Positions 48,259-61,519 of a DNA stretch of 64,000 nucleotides are shown here, piece by piece. The stretch covers positions 37,014,001 to 37,078,000 of the forward strand of contig OX638150.1 in the NCBI GenBank assembly GCA_951804945.1, read 5' to 3'. The DNA comes from Podarcis cretensis (taxonomy: Eukaryota). The position numbers and the translations under genes were made by a program. Each line of letters opens with the position of its first letter. The stretch's first letter is position 1. Under the pieces are notes generated by a model, which was not told the DNA's origin, did not search any database, and saw only the letters and a program-made list of their open reading frames with translations.

Positions 48259-48756
48259 TATATGCCCTGGTAAAATCCTAAAGAAAGCTCTTCAGCTTCA
48301 ATCCTAAAGAAAGTTCAACAACTTTGGGGTAAAATTGTAAAAAAAAACTCAACAACTTTGGTCGGCCCCCATGCATGTTCACTTCATCAAATCTGGCCCT
48401 CTTTGAAAAAAGTATGGGCACCCCTGTTCTATAATATTGGTGTATCCCACTGCTGTTAAAGGCTGCAGGAAAGGACAGTAAAAGAAAAAAGAAAAAAGAT
48501 GGCAGCCTGCTCATACACAAAATTCAGGCCATGTTGGACAGTTGCTTGTTTAGATTATATATGCCAGAGATACTGCCTCTGGAAAGCTCCCTACCTTAAA
48601 GAGGTACAGCTGCAAGTCAGTGATAAGGAAAAAGCATGGTGGCCGTATACCCTGAAGTGCATTTGATGAGGAACATCTGTGTTTAAAAATGTAAGAGAGA
48701 GAGTACACTTCCAGTTCTGCAATCTCTGAATGCTTGTTAAGGAGCAGGTAAACAAA

Positions 48757-48954
48757 CCCTTCTCGGTAGTGGCGCCCGCCCTGTGGAACACCTTCCCATC
48801 AGATGTCAAGGAAATAAGTAGCTATCTTATTTTTAAAACTCATCTGAAGGCAGCCCTGTTTAGGGAAGTTTTTAATATTTAATACTGTATTGTTTTTAAC
48901 ACTCGATTGGGAGCTGCCCAGAGTGGCTGGGGAAACTCAGCCAGATAGGTGGGG

Positions 48955-49008
<54 letters not shown>

Positions 49009-49020
49009 TTATTATTATTC
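48757..49020 (+). mobile_element. L2-clade LINE 3' end with (TTC)n(TTA)n tail
   Basis: ccttctcggtagtggcgcccgccctgtggaac...ctgaaggcagccctgtttagggaag; inverted relative to 47421-47801. Confidence 0.9.
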
Positions 49021-52000
49021 TCCAGCAGCTCACAGTGCATTGCACATTATTTCTGCTTGAGGGTATCTGAGCTATGTTCACCCTTCTGGGGATCTGATAG
49101 AGATCAGAGGTGGGCACAAATCCCACAATACACTAAGGGGGAAAGCAGAATTAACAGGAGCTGTTGTACCAGGTCAGGCCAGTGGTCTTTGTCAGGGGGT
49201 GCTCTCCACCCTGATTTGACACATTGGTCTCTCAGGCAATGTGTCTATACCTTTTTATACTCTCTGGTATAAAAAGGTATACACACATTGGTCTCTCAGG
49301 CAGATGCCTTCTCAGAGAGAAACCTGAATCACATCAGATAATAACAGTGACATTCAGAAGCCATGACAGTGGTAGTAGTGGCGGTAGCGGCGGCGGCAGC
49401 AGCAGCTGGAGAAGGGGAGTCTAAAGCTTTTTTATTGCCAGAAATTGAACCCACAACCTTAATGAACTTTGCTCTGCCCCTGAGCTAGTTGTCCCCCTTT
49501 CCAGAATCCAGACCCCTTGAGTGCCCTGATTTAATTGGGACGTCCCAAATTTACATAAGCTGCCCTGGCTTCTGATCCCAATCCAGGATGCCCGATTTTC
49601 CCAGAGGCTGCTCCAGGCACACAGTGTCTCAGACGCCGCATCTCATGAGCAGGGGACCGAAGACAGGAAAGGTAAGAGATGGGAGGGAAGGAAGGGGTAA
49701 GCAGATGGGAGAGGAAGGGGTCAGCAGCAGGGAGAGGGGGCGAGAGACGGAGACGGGGGATGGTGAGGGTGTGCCCCAAATTTTCCTCCCAAAATATTGG
49801 AGGATATGAGAGTCAGCAGGTACGTTTGCAGCCGGGAGCAGCCCGTGTTTAGTCAGCAGCAGAGGGAGATCAGGTAACATTCAGACAGACAGCAGCAAGG
49901 TCAGCAGATAAGAGACAATGGCGGAGAGCCTCTAAATTAAGACTGCTTTCATTAATCCCCTCTTAGAAGTGAATAATAAGAGTGGCAGGCTTTTCTCAGC
50001 TAGTCAAAATCCCTGTAGAAAACCACTCTCTGAAAGTGGAGTGTGGCAAAGCTGCTAGTTTTGGTGTGAGTTGCTGCCCCCCTGCCATCATTTGCTGTTG
50101 GGTAGGGGTGGGGTATTGCCTAACCAGCCATCCGGCTCCTTCCCTCCCAACCCTCAGCTTTACTCACTTTTTGTCCGAGCTTAATGCAGCACTTACACAA
50201 AACGTAACCTTGCGGCGCACTTTAAATTTTTAATGCTTCAATAAAATTGTGATTACAAATACCCCAATTCAACGTTAAAGTAAAAAACGTATTAATTTCC
50301 TGCAGTTTAATTATTCAGCAGAACTGTGCTGCACCAAGGATAGATTTGGTGTCTAAGCAGTAGAGAAAGATCTGCCTGAATGGCTTCACTGGGTGGCAGC
50401 GGGGAGAGAGTTGCCTGTCCCAAAACCATAATCCTTCATGCTTTCAGACTTCAGGCCTTGCAGCCACTAAAGACAAACTTTGGCAGCAGGTACTGAAAGG
50501 TCTTACTCTGGGATGAGGAATCCAGGTCTTGTTAACCTCCCATCACCCCAACCAGCACAGCCAACGGGCAGGGATGATGAGAGTTGTAGTACAGAAACAT
50601 CTGGAGGGCCACAGATTAGCATTCCTATTCAAGCTGCATCCATTCATGTTTTATAAGATAGGGAGCTAGAGTGGGGAAGGGCTCCAGAGCAAGTAAAGCA
50701 GCCTGATTTCGGCCATTTTCTTGAATGAATTGCATGCACTGTGTAGATCAGGATGGGGAACATCAGACTTGTGGGCCCACCAATCCTACACCTGGCATCA
50801 TCTCTGACATCAGGTGTGGAACTGGTAAAGGTGAGGCTTGGCAAAAGAGACTTCACCTTTAGGCAGTGCCTGCTGGTTGTTGGGCCTTTGGGAAACCCAG
50901 CGCTTCCCACGTTGGAACAAGCACCTATCAATCATAATGATGGCAGGTGACTGACACTTGTCAAAATCTGTTCCACAGTGTCCAAAGGACCCACAAGGCA
51001 GCTGGTTGAAGGGCGCTGCACTAAGGGGCTTTACCAGCCCCACACTCAGTGCTTGAGAATCATCAAGAACAGGGCTTGCAAAGCACTTTGTACAACACTT
51101 TCTGAATGCTTCGCAGCAATCTGGGAAGCAAAGCACTTTGGAAACCCAGTACTAAGTGCTTCTCAAGCACCAAGCCCAGCCCCTTGCACAGCGCCCGGCA
51201 GCTGGATGTCAAGCACTTTAGAAGTGTGACACAATGTACTTTGACAGGTGTCGATCCTGATGACATCAGGTGATTGACAGGTGGGTGCCGATACTCCCAG
51301 TTGTTACAGTAAGTGCTGCACTTTTAACATTGGGGGGGGAGGTGCTGGTACTGTATACCCTCAAGTACCCCCAGACGAAGCGCTGTTCCTAATCAGCTCA
51401 CGAAACTGCTGGTGAACATCTGGGCAAAGACAGCCTTTAGCAACTGGTAAAGCACAAAGCTTGACAGTCGTGTATTTCATGAGAAACATCAAGTTGCTGT
51501 TGTTAATAGTTATGGCTGCATTAAAATGCTAACCAGACATTTAGCCAAGAACATCTGGCCTGAAAGTAGTGAAGCAGGGTTCCCAATAATATTAGGAGAA
51601 CTGCTTAACAGGGACTAGTATAATAACTCGATGTGTGACAAAGAAGCAAAAGGACCATCAGGCTTATTTAAAAGCATTGTAAAAATGACTGCTCAGTTGA
51701 TTAGTGGTGTGGTTCTTTTTTTAAAAAAAGAAGTGACTTCATTTGCAATGGAAATGAAATTATCCCACAGTTAATTTGCAGTTCTTCCACTTCTGATTAG
51801 TTGCTTTGGAAAGTGTCCTCTTGTTTGAGACACAAAGGTCTTAGATCCTACCTTGTGGGGCTTGTCTGTTGAACTGCTAAGGTTCTATACAGCTGAACTC
51901 ATATTGCACCTTAGCCAACACTGACGCTTTCTCAGAAGGAAGATGAATAGGATGCTCGATACTGAGTAAACATGGCCTAAAGCTGCTTTCCCCAACCTCG

Positions 52001-53977
52001 TATCCTCTGTTTTGGACTGTGATTCCCATCAGCTCTGTGCTGGCTGGGACTGATGGGAATTATAGTCCAAAAGAAGATGAAGGGCAGCAGGTTGTGGGAA
52101 TGTGTTGAGCCAAAGGTGAGCAGTTTCGGAAGACCTGCAAACACCATCTTGGTAGTCAAGATAGCCATTCATTGGTAGTTGTTGCAAGAACGAGCTCATA
52201 TATAGTATGCTTATATTCACTTGCTTTGATATATATGCTCCTTGGCTTGCTTTGATGCTCTGCTTATCTGTGGTTCCTGGGATGCTGGGCTCTCAGCCCA
52301 GAGAGGGGAGCTACCTGCAAGCTTTGGATAGTTGCCACCTATGGCTCACAGGTCAGGAGGACTGATGGGAGGTTCTGGCCATATTGACACATGCTGTCTT
52401 TTGTATAAGTAATGTATACACATTTGCCTGGGTGCAGACAAGTCATGGCGGTTGCTTGCTGCTGCAGTGTTGGACCTGCATAAGTTTACACCTTTATTTA
52501 ATAAAGCACTAGAAATGGCCAGTCGAATGTTTTTGATATCATTCTTTGGTATCCCTGCATCAAACCACCCCCACAAGCCCTTCTTTGAGCCTGTGGTTCA
52601 GAACAGGAAGGCTGGCTGAAAGATATACATAAAGGCCAGTAATTGTGCACCCTTCACATCTAAAGCTTCCTTGAGATACTTTCCCAGCCGCCTCTTCAAA
52701 ATAAAAGAGGACATTTGACAACTTCACTGTGTCACTTAATCCAAGATTCTGCTCTTCTTATAGTTTGGATGTGTTTGTTGTGCACGCCACACATTTAAAG
52801 CACAGATCACCACCCCAAAGAATCATGGGAACTGCAGTTTACCCCCTCACAGAGCTACAATTCCCAGTAAGCTGCAGTCCCTGGGATTCAAGGCAAGGGG
52901 AGGAAAATGAACTTTATGGTGCATGTTCCTCAATCAAGCCCTGGGATCTCTAGTTGTGGAGAAGTGGTCTCATGCTCACAAAACTGCAGTTCCTAAAATT
53001 CATTGGGATGCTCGTTGAATACATAAATATGACACAGCCAGTTCTACACACCTTGGGTGGCAGATTCTGGGGTACCATGAAAGGGCAGCAAATAGTTAAT
53101 TAATATCTTCCATCATTTGCTACCAGGGTTTTCCCCCTAAAACACTAAAATGTACTGGGCCTTCATGGCATGATGAGCAGTCCCATGTTAGAATGTGCCA
53201 ACAACATGGCAGAGTTCAGCCCAGTGGATTTAAAAATAAATAAATAAAAATAGTATCACAGTCCTTGAGACAGTGGAAATGCCAATACTTATTTGTAATT
53301 CAGATTAAACTGGTTAGTTGCACACCGAAATTCTATTGGCATATATTGCAGGTCTCTCGTGCATCCAAAGTGTCACTGACCTTGCCTTTGTACAAATAAA
53401 ACAGAGTGGAGAGCAAAGAAGGCTGGACTTGTATCTTGTTTGAAATCCAGACTTCCAAATCATGCGTAAGTGTCACCTTCATGTCCAGAAACTCTTTGCT
53501 CCTTTCATGCCTGCCCAATGAATTCTGTTTTAAACACACTACCTGGGAAGCGTATCCGCCCATTACAGGCTTTTCTCTGTATTATAGATTTTTGAGGGGG
53601 TAGGAAGTGAGAGAGAGAACTGTAAATGGCAGGTAATGACTGCTTCTCTGATTAGATGCTACTCAAGGAAGTTCTAACTGACTGTTTGAACTGAACAGGA
53701 AGCTTTTAAATATGCAATCCTGTCTCCAGAATGACTGGCAAAGAACAATAACATACAACCCAGGTAAAGTTGTTCATGTTTAGATTCACTGCAGACAAGA
53801 GGGAGCTCAGAGTATTAATTCCAGATGTTTGGAAGTGATGTAAGAAGGGTTAACTGCTGATACTTTCTGATCTCTGAGTACCAAATTATGAGGTGAGATA
53901 GTTCAGTATGACCAGAAGGGACCCATATTAAAAGAGGACAACAGAGTTTGATCTAAGTGGAATGATTTCCTAGAAGG

Positions 53978-54340
53978 CTGGTCAACAAAAGAGGTTTAAA
54001 GACTGTCTCAAGGCAAATTTTTAAAAAATGTAGTATAAACACCAACAACTGGGAAACACTTGTCTGTGAGCGCTCCAATTGGAGAACAGCCTTTACCAAA
54101 GGTGTTATGGGCTTTGAAGACACTCAAACTCAGGACGCAAGAGAGAAATGTGCTAAGAGGAAGGCACACTTGGCAAATCCACACAGTGATCAACTCCCAC
54201 CCAGAAACTAATGTCCCCACTGTGGAAGGACATATGGATCCAGAATTGGCCTCCACAGTCACTTACGGACTCATGGTTAAAACCGTGTTTATGGAAGACA
54301 ATCTTACTCAGCTACAAGTGATCAAAGAAAAAGAAGAAGA
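53978..54340 (+). mobile_element. RTE-clade LINE 3' fragment
   Basis: Encodes terminal C2H2-like CPHCGRTYGSRIGLHSHLRTHG*; (GAA)n tail; homologous to 19690-20038. Confidence 0.9.
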
Positions 54341-54375
54341 CATTTGGGAGGAAGGCTTGAGTTGACCTTCCATTT

Positions 54376-54528
54376 CTCTCCCCCCACAACACCTTGTGAG
54401 GTAGGTGAGACTGAGAGACAGTGGCTGGCCTAAAGTCACCCAGTGAGCTTCATGGCTGAGTGGGGTTTCAAACCCTGGTCTCCCAGGGTCCAAGCCCAAC
54501 ACTCTAACCGTTACACACAAGCAGCCTA
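54376..54528 (-). mobile_element. tRNA/CORE-type SINE (Squam3-related or older)
   Basis: cacaacaccttgtgaggtagg...aaagtcacccagtgagcttcatggctgagtggggtttcaaaccctggtctccc...acactctaacc. Confidence 0.75.
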
Positions 54529-55566
54529 GTTAGGATTTGATGAGGTGAGTAAGCACTTTTCATTCTATCCCAGTGTACACCCTACCTCAAAAAGAAAGAA
54601 AGAAAGAAAGAAAGAAAGAGAACGCTAGACTTGGAAAGTTCCTGTTTCTCTGAGCAAATGAACATGCCTCATTGAGAAAGTAACTCAGATGGAGAAACAT
54701 GTGGATGGAGGCATCACACAGCCGCCTTCTTCTTCTTCTTCTTCTTCTTCTTCTTCTTCTTCTTCTTCTTCACATTACTACTGCTATGGTTATTATTATT
54801 TAGCAGGACTACTAGTTAGAAGGAAGATATATAAGTATCCTTCTTTTATGACTGCATCATGAGTCTTTGGTTTGGCCTAAACAATATATATAACCAGCTG
54901 CCCTGTGTGTTACACAAAGAGAGAGAGAGAGAGAACCAGCAGCAGCATCTTCATGAATTGTGCTGCTCTCTGGGAGGAGAAGGAGAAGGAGGAGGAGCTG
55001 CTCCAGGATGCCCCCGCTGAGAAGCCATCAATCTCTTCATGAAAGAATCAATTTTTATACGCTTGTAGCTGTGGAGATTACTATTGACCTTGGGAAATCA
55101 TAAATAGAAAGGTTACATTGGCAGACTCTGTTCCTTTACTCTTCCTTTTCCTTTCTCCTATTGCAATTTTTGGCTTTCTTTTTCGCCACAAGCAGTTGGG
55201 GCTTGAAGCAGGCTGAGCAGAATCCCCCTTGTGGTGCATTTCAGACAGTGTTGTGGTGTCAATGGGCTTCCCCTAGTGAGACCAGGGTTTGGAATTCCTT
55301 ACCCAGCCACAAAGAGTCTTGTGGCACTTTAAAGATGGTGACTGATAGCACAAAGGCCTTTGAGGCGCCACAAGGTTGCATCTCGTCCTTGCAGGTGTCT
55401 GGTAGATATCTAATTTTAAGTGAGGATACCTTATTTTAAAGGAATGTTCCTGATTCAAAAGAGGGCAGCAATCGTCCATGAAAGCTGGCCAGCCCAAGTC
55501 TGAACCCAAAATTACTGTGGGGCTTGTGGCAAATACAGTCATGCAATTCATATAAGCATCAATAAC

Positions 55567-55709
55567 TCATAGAATTGTAGAGTTGGAAGAGACCATGAGA
55601 ATTATCTAGTCCAACTCCTGCAATGCAGGAGTATGTAGTTGTCCCATATGGGGATCAAACCTGCAACCTTGACATTATCAGCACCACACTCTAACCAACT
55701 GAGCTATCC
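55567..55709 (-). mobile_element. SINE with tRNA-Ile-like head and CR1-derived tail
   Basis: Minus strand ggatagctcagttggttagagtgtggtgctgataatgtcaaggttgcaggtttgatccccatatgggac, then the tgcattgcaggagttggactagat...ttccaactctacaattctatga tail. Confidence 0.8.
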
Positions 55710-56708
55710 ATGTCTCGTGCCACCTTTGTTGTATTTTGTTGCTGCTGTTTAATGCCTTTCATTGTTTTTAATAGTGCATTGTAGATTTTTTTTTTTATGT
55801 ACACTGTCCTTAAAAATTTTGGGCAAAGATGAGCTACATAAATTATTTCGCTTCGTTCTCTTTTGCCTGTAGCCAAGAACTTTAGCTGCCACTCTGACAA
55901 CCCTGGATTTCCCAGGCTATTTCTTGTTTCATCCCTCCCTTGTTACTGAGGAGCATTGCTACTTTGTGGTGAGTCCAGTGCAATAAATTGATAGACAAAT
56001 CTTCAGATTCTCATCAGAGGCCACTGCCCTGCCTGGGCTAATGAGATGCTGCTATTTGTGAAAACGCACAGATCTCTCCAAGATAGCAGACACTGGGGAG
56101 CTAGTACTTTTCAGAATGCCAGGCCAGGCAACACCAACAGAGGAATTGCTTTGCTGGGTCAGAATAAAAATCCATTTAGGGCAGTGCTCTCTGTCTAGTT
56201 GCAGCCAGCCAGGTGCCTCTGGAAATTCACTAGCAAGCCTTGAAGAAAAGAGGTAGCCCCCTCTCATCATTCCACCCACCTGCCCCTCTCAAAGCTGCTG
56301 TTCAGAGGTAAACTCTGCATGTGGATCTTCCGTTTAGCTATTATGGCTAGCAGCTTTAATTATCCCATTTTTCATTAATCTGCCTGTCATAGTTGTCAAC
56401 CTTCCCTCTTTTTTTTTTTTTTTTGCAGGAAATTCCCTTATTCCAGCGCCATTTCCGGCTGCTTCCTGCTGCTATCCCAGATTGTTAGCTACCCCGTAGA
56501 CTGTCCCCAGGATAGGTAAGGCTGCTGGTCCCTTATTTTCAAATCTGAAAGTTGACAGCTATGCTGCCTGTTCCTTTGAAAGCAAGGGTGGGGAAGTGGG
56601 TGGCCTCCCCACATGGCTGAATTCCAGTGCCCATCAACCCCAGACAGCATTGTCAACTGCAAGACTGTGTGCTCTGCCATGTTTATGTTTGCCTCACTGC
56701 TAAGAGCA

Positions 56709-57067
56709 GGACGTGGGTGGTGCTGTGGGTTAAACCACAGAGCCTAGGACTTGCCGATCAGAAGGTTGGCGGTTCGAATCCCCGCGACGGGGTGAGCTCC
56801 CGTTGCTCGGTCCCTGCTCCTGCCAACCTAGCAGTTCGAAAGCACGTCAAAGTGCAAGTAGATAAATAGGTACCGCTCCAGCGGGAAGGTAAATGGCATT
56901 TCCGTGTGCTGCTCTGGTTCGCCAGAAACAGCTTAGTCATGTTGGCCACATGGCCCAAAAGCTGTATGCTGGCTCCCTCGGCCAATAAAGCGAGATGAGC
57001 ACTGCAACCCCAGAGTCGGCCACAACTGGACCTAATGGTCAGGGGTCCCTTTACCCTTTACCTTTAC
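56709..57067 (+). mobile_element. Sauria SINE, full length, 14-bp TSD
   Basis: TSD CACTGCTAAGAGCA (56695-56708) / CACTGCTAGGAGCA (57068-57081); A/B boxes; CTTTAC tail. Confidence 0.96.
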
Positions 57068-58841
57068 CACTGCTAGGAGCACTCCATGGGTGGGTGGGGG
57101 AACTCCTGCAAGCCTAATAAGGCCCAGCAGACTGTTTTCAGCAAACCATGGCCATGTTTCTCATGCCTTACATCAGATACGATGATCATTTATTAAGTCA
57201 GGGGCAAGAAACTTCAAGCTGTAGCTAAAATGAAGATTTGGGAGTGCACTCCTTATATTTACTTGGACTCAAAAAGTCAGTGCCTTTTGAATTTTTGAGA
57301 AAAAGGCACCGACCTTTCTGATACAAAGGAAGCACAGCTTCAAGAGTGCTCTTGATTCTTCCATTGAATCACCAACTTGAAGTCAATAGAACAATGAGGA
57401 GGATCCTCCTCTGCAGGTGCAGCTCAAGACACAACCACCAAAGAAGGAAGATGCTCCTGATGTCACTGTGGTGCCAGGTGATTGACAGGTGGGCAGCCAC
57501 ACTCAACTGTGAAATTGGCCCACTGAGTGACTCTTGTCCTCTATCCCTGGGCACTTAATGGATAGCACAGTTACCATTGCTTGTCTATTGAAATATGTCT
57601 TTTTTAAAAAAAAAGTAATCATAAAAAGGAAGCCTCATTCTGTCCTGTCTCCTCTGAAGCCAGCCAGGTGGGAACCCTGTTTTGGCATCAAAATATGCTC
57701 TGGATTGTCCAGAGGGCTTGAGGCAGAAGTTTGTAGGATGCAAGTAGTTCTGAAAACAACTGACAGTGTTATTTGTGGCAATATACAATTTCCAAGTTGC
57801 ATTAGCATGCAAACTTCTCCTGCCCAGAAAACGTGCACACCCGACCTTTTTGCTAGTCAACAACGCAGCTCAACCACTCTCCATTATCTTTAAATGCTGA
57901 GATTCTTAGCTGAAGAGGGAAATGTTATGCATTGTTATTGAGGAGGATTGGTTTGGCTGGTTCCTTGGGCCCACAGAGCTCAGTAGAAACGCAGAGGGTT
58001 CAAAAGGTCAATACTAAAATGAGTCGTCAGAAATGTGTAAGGTGGGGAAATAACCAGAAATGAAAATTGCAGAAGTGTGGAAGGTCAGGACTGAGGCAGC
58101 TTCGCAGAAAGCAATCAATAAAAAACCAGTATTTTAGAAAGCCATTATGCTGTTCTACTCTGATCATAAGAAAATATCATTTCCCTGGTGGACAAAAGAG
58201 CAAACATGGATTACTGGTAATATTAATTCATCAAAAGCAGAAGCAAAATAATATTTCATGCAAGTATGTTCTACTTCATGGTTGGGGAACATGTGGCCTT
58301 CCAGATGTTGTTGACCTGCAACTTCCATCATCCCTGACTATTGGCTGTGGCTGTGGCTGTGGCTGTGGCTATTGTCCATAAAAAATAGGATGTCTGCGAG
58401 CTCCTTACCCTCTGTGCTGCTGTAACTCAGCCTGTAGCTAGAGATCCACACCATACATTCAAAACACTCTTATACCCCTTGATCAGTCATGGACAATCCT
58501 AGGAATTTTAGTTTGTCTGGGATGCTGGGAATTACAGGTTTGTGGGACCAGGACCCTTAACAAACTACAGCTTTGGTGAGTTCCAGCTGAAAAAAGGCCA
58601 GCATGAATGCATGTGTGTTTGAGGAATCATCCACTATTTTCCAGTGTTTCTCATTTTTACCTCTCAAATGAATATAATCTTTAAAATACATTTTAAGGTT
58701 TGGGTTTTTTTGGATTTTTTTGTGAAATCCCTTGTTTTCTTACTGCTCCTGCTTTTTACTGCAACATAGAGGGAAAGAGGATGAGAGGGATAAGGGGTGA
58801 ATTCTGAGACCCTGGTGCTGTGGGTTCTTGAAGCAATAAAT

Positions 58842-58977
58842 CAGGTGTGGGGAATCCTTGGCCCTCCAGGTGTTGCCAGGTGCAATTCCCATCAGCCCCA
58901 GCATGCACGACCAATTGCCAGGGATGATGGGAGTTGTAGTTCAGCAACATCTGGAGGGCCAAAGGTCTCCCCACCTG
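58842..58977. mobile_element. hAT-type MITE
   Basis: caggtgtggggaatcc...ccctccagg...gatgggagttgtagttcagcaacatctggaggg...tccccacctg. Confidence 0.8.
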
Positions 58978-59051
58978 CGGTGAATAAAAACCATGTGGTA
59001 CAATACGCAAAGGCTATGTCATGATTTGAGGCACCCTACTAGAAACATTAA

Positions 59052-59434
59052 GGGACGTGGGTGGCGCTGTGGGTTAAACCACAGAGCCTAGGACTTGCCG
59101 ATCAGAAGGTTCGAATCCCCGCAACGGGGTGAGCTACCGTTGCTCGGTCCCTGCTCCTGCCAACCTAGCAGTTCGAAAGCACGTCAAAGTGCAAGTAGAT
59201 AAATACCTTCCGGCGGGAAGGTAAACGGCGTTTCCGTGTGCTGCTCTGGTTCACAAGAAGCTGTACACCGGCTCCCTCGGCCAATAAAGCGAGATGAGTG
59301 CAACCCCAGAGTCAGTCACAACTGGACCTAATGGTCAGGGGTCCCTTTACCTTTACCTTTACCTTTACCTTTACCTTTACCTTTACCTTTACCTTTACCT
59401 TTACCTTTACCTTTACCTTTACCTTTACCTTTAC
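59052..59434 (+). mobile_element. Sauria SINE with internal deletions and (CTTTAC)15 tail
   Basis: Perfect TSD TACTAGAAACATTA (59037-59050 / 59432-59445); tail 59345-59434. Confidence 0.96.
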
Positions 59435-61519
59435 TAGAAACATTAGACAGTAAAGTGAGGCTCCTTACTGATTTATGATATATGAGTAGCTAAACTTGGG
59501 AATGTTTTAATCAAAGAAAATACTAAAGTCTGACCCACCTCCCTGAGCTACCCACTCCCATTGCGTCATAACGGATCTATAACAGAAGTGCCATTTAGGG
59601 ACGCTAAGGAGTGGTACTGACTCTCCCTCCCTCCCGCCTCTCCATTTTTCAGACATGTATGGCTATTCCACAGGAACACCCACATTTCCTGGTTGTACAC
59701 AAGAAAAGGCTATTATAGTATACAATTAAATGGTGCTGTGTTCCGATTACGCACACCAAAGGCACAAATCCCAGTGGCGTTTATATATCCCATTAGTTGC
59801 ACCTTACGAGGTATTTTTTTAAAAAAAAACAAACCCGAGTACAAATTATCTCAAAGCGCACAGATATTAATTTTAAATGCATTCAAGGGGAGACATTTAA
59901 ATCATACTAATTCCAGCGCAAATAAACACACTCGCACACCCCTTTGCAAAATATTCACACACAAGCCCGAAATAGATCTCAGAATATAGCTCCTGGCTAA
60001 AAGCAAAGCATTTGGAAGTCATAAGAATGCATGACAGTAAAAACTGCCACGCTGGGTTAGATCAGCAGTCCATCTCGCTTGGAATTTCAAACTAGATGGA
60101 CGAAAGGTCTCACTCAGCATGGTGGTGCTTATTGTCATAAGTTCTTATGTGCCTGTCAAACACTTTGCTTGCACCCACCAAATGCCATGGAAAAATTCAC
60201 AAGAAAGGCCTGGTGGTAATATCTACCCTTCCCCCCCCCTTGTTTTACTTTAATATGAATGTTTTCCTCCCTAGCATTCCTCCTTAATCTCTCTAGGAGG
60301 GGCATCAGAATGTTTTTTCCCAGTCCTCTGCTAACAAGCTGCCTTCTTCATCTATCATCACCAAGGACATCTTTATTTAGTACCCAAAGAAATGGGAGGA
60401 AATGGCCTACATCTTCGTGATAATGTGAGTCCATCAATAAGCCGTTAGTGGCTAAAAGGTCAGATGAGAGCAAACAGAGATAAATGAAGCCTTCACTTAA
60501 TGCCATCAGAATCTCAATCCCAAACAGAAGGGAAAGGTCCATCTCCTGGTGGCACGGCCAGGGACCAAGCAAACATCTCTGTGACCTGGGAAGGTGTCAG
60601 GGGCTCTAGAGCTGTCAACATGCCCCAGATGCCCCCTGTAGACTATATTCCCAAGTGGGTCAGCTCCCAGTTTTTACCCTGCAGCACAAGCAACGGGATG
60701 GCATCAGTCAGAACTTAGCCTAGAAGGCTGTTCTGAATGTGGAGAGGAAGAAAGTGGCTAGCCATTGCAACTCTGCCCCACTTTGAGACATAAATACATA
60801 ATTCAGGTTTGCACAATGGTATAATACGCAACATGCATTGTATTCGTTCCAAGTTAATATGCATTTCAGCTCCATAAACCACATGGTGCAAATAGCGACT
60901 GTTCCGGGTAAGATTTCAAGCGACGTGCAAATAGCAATTTTGGGAATGATTTCAGACTCCCTTGAGATTGGCATTTGACACATTATTCAGCTCACATACA
61001 CCCAGGGATGTTATATTGGCCGCTTAGTAAAAGGGGGCTTTGTTTAAATTGCACACTATTAATTTTTTGCACTGAGGTCAGGTTTTGTTTTCACGGTCAT
61101 TGGATTTCAGCCGCTGCATCTGAAAACGTTGCTGAATTTTGGTTTGAGCTCCAAAGAATGGTTCAGAGTTTATAGCTTTAGATTTTTCTTTATAAAGCAC
61201 AATGCATTTGCTTTGTAAAACATTTGACTTACCTACTTCTTAGTTCTCTCATTCTCACTCTCTCTTGTGTACACACATAATATACATTGCTGGAGAGAAG
61301 ACAATGGAGTAGCAACAGTTGCTGACAATTACATCCAGCTATGTCTCATCTCCTTCCACTAAGTGAGCTGCTGTATTAAAAACAGGATAATTAGGCAGCC
61401 TCACTGGACGGTTTCTTTTGTGGATACATATACAGTAGTATGAAATTTGTCTTGGAGGTTGGCTATATCTGACAGGTTTGTTTCTTTAAAAAAACCCAAG
61501 TCATGATTATACTGCAACA

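Noticed and set aside
55640-55709. tRNA-Ile-like sequence (also tRNA-Lys-like at 13898 and Ile-like at 63340-63411)
   Set aside because: Mutated B-box and acceptor stem, directly fused to a LINE-derived tail: these are SINE heads, not tRNA genes.
59345-59434. Hexamer array resembling a telomeric or CRISPR-like repeat
   Set aside because: It is (CTTTAC)15, the normal Sauria SINE tail; it has no spacers and is not TTAGGG.
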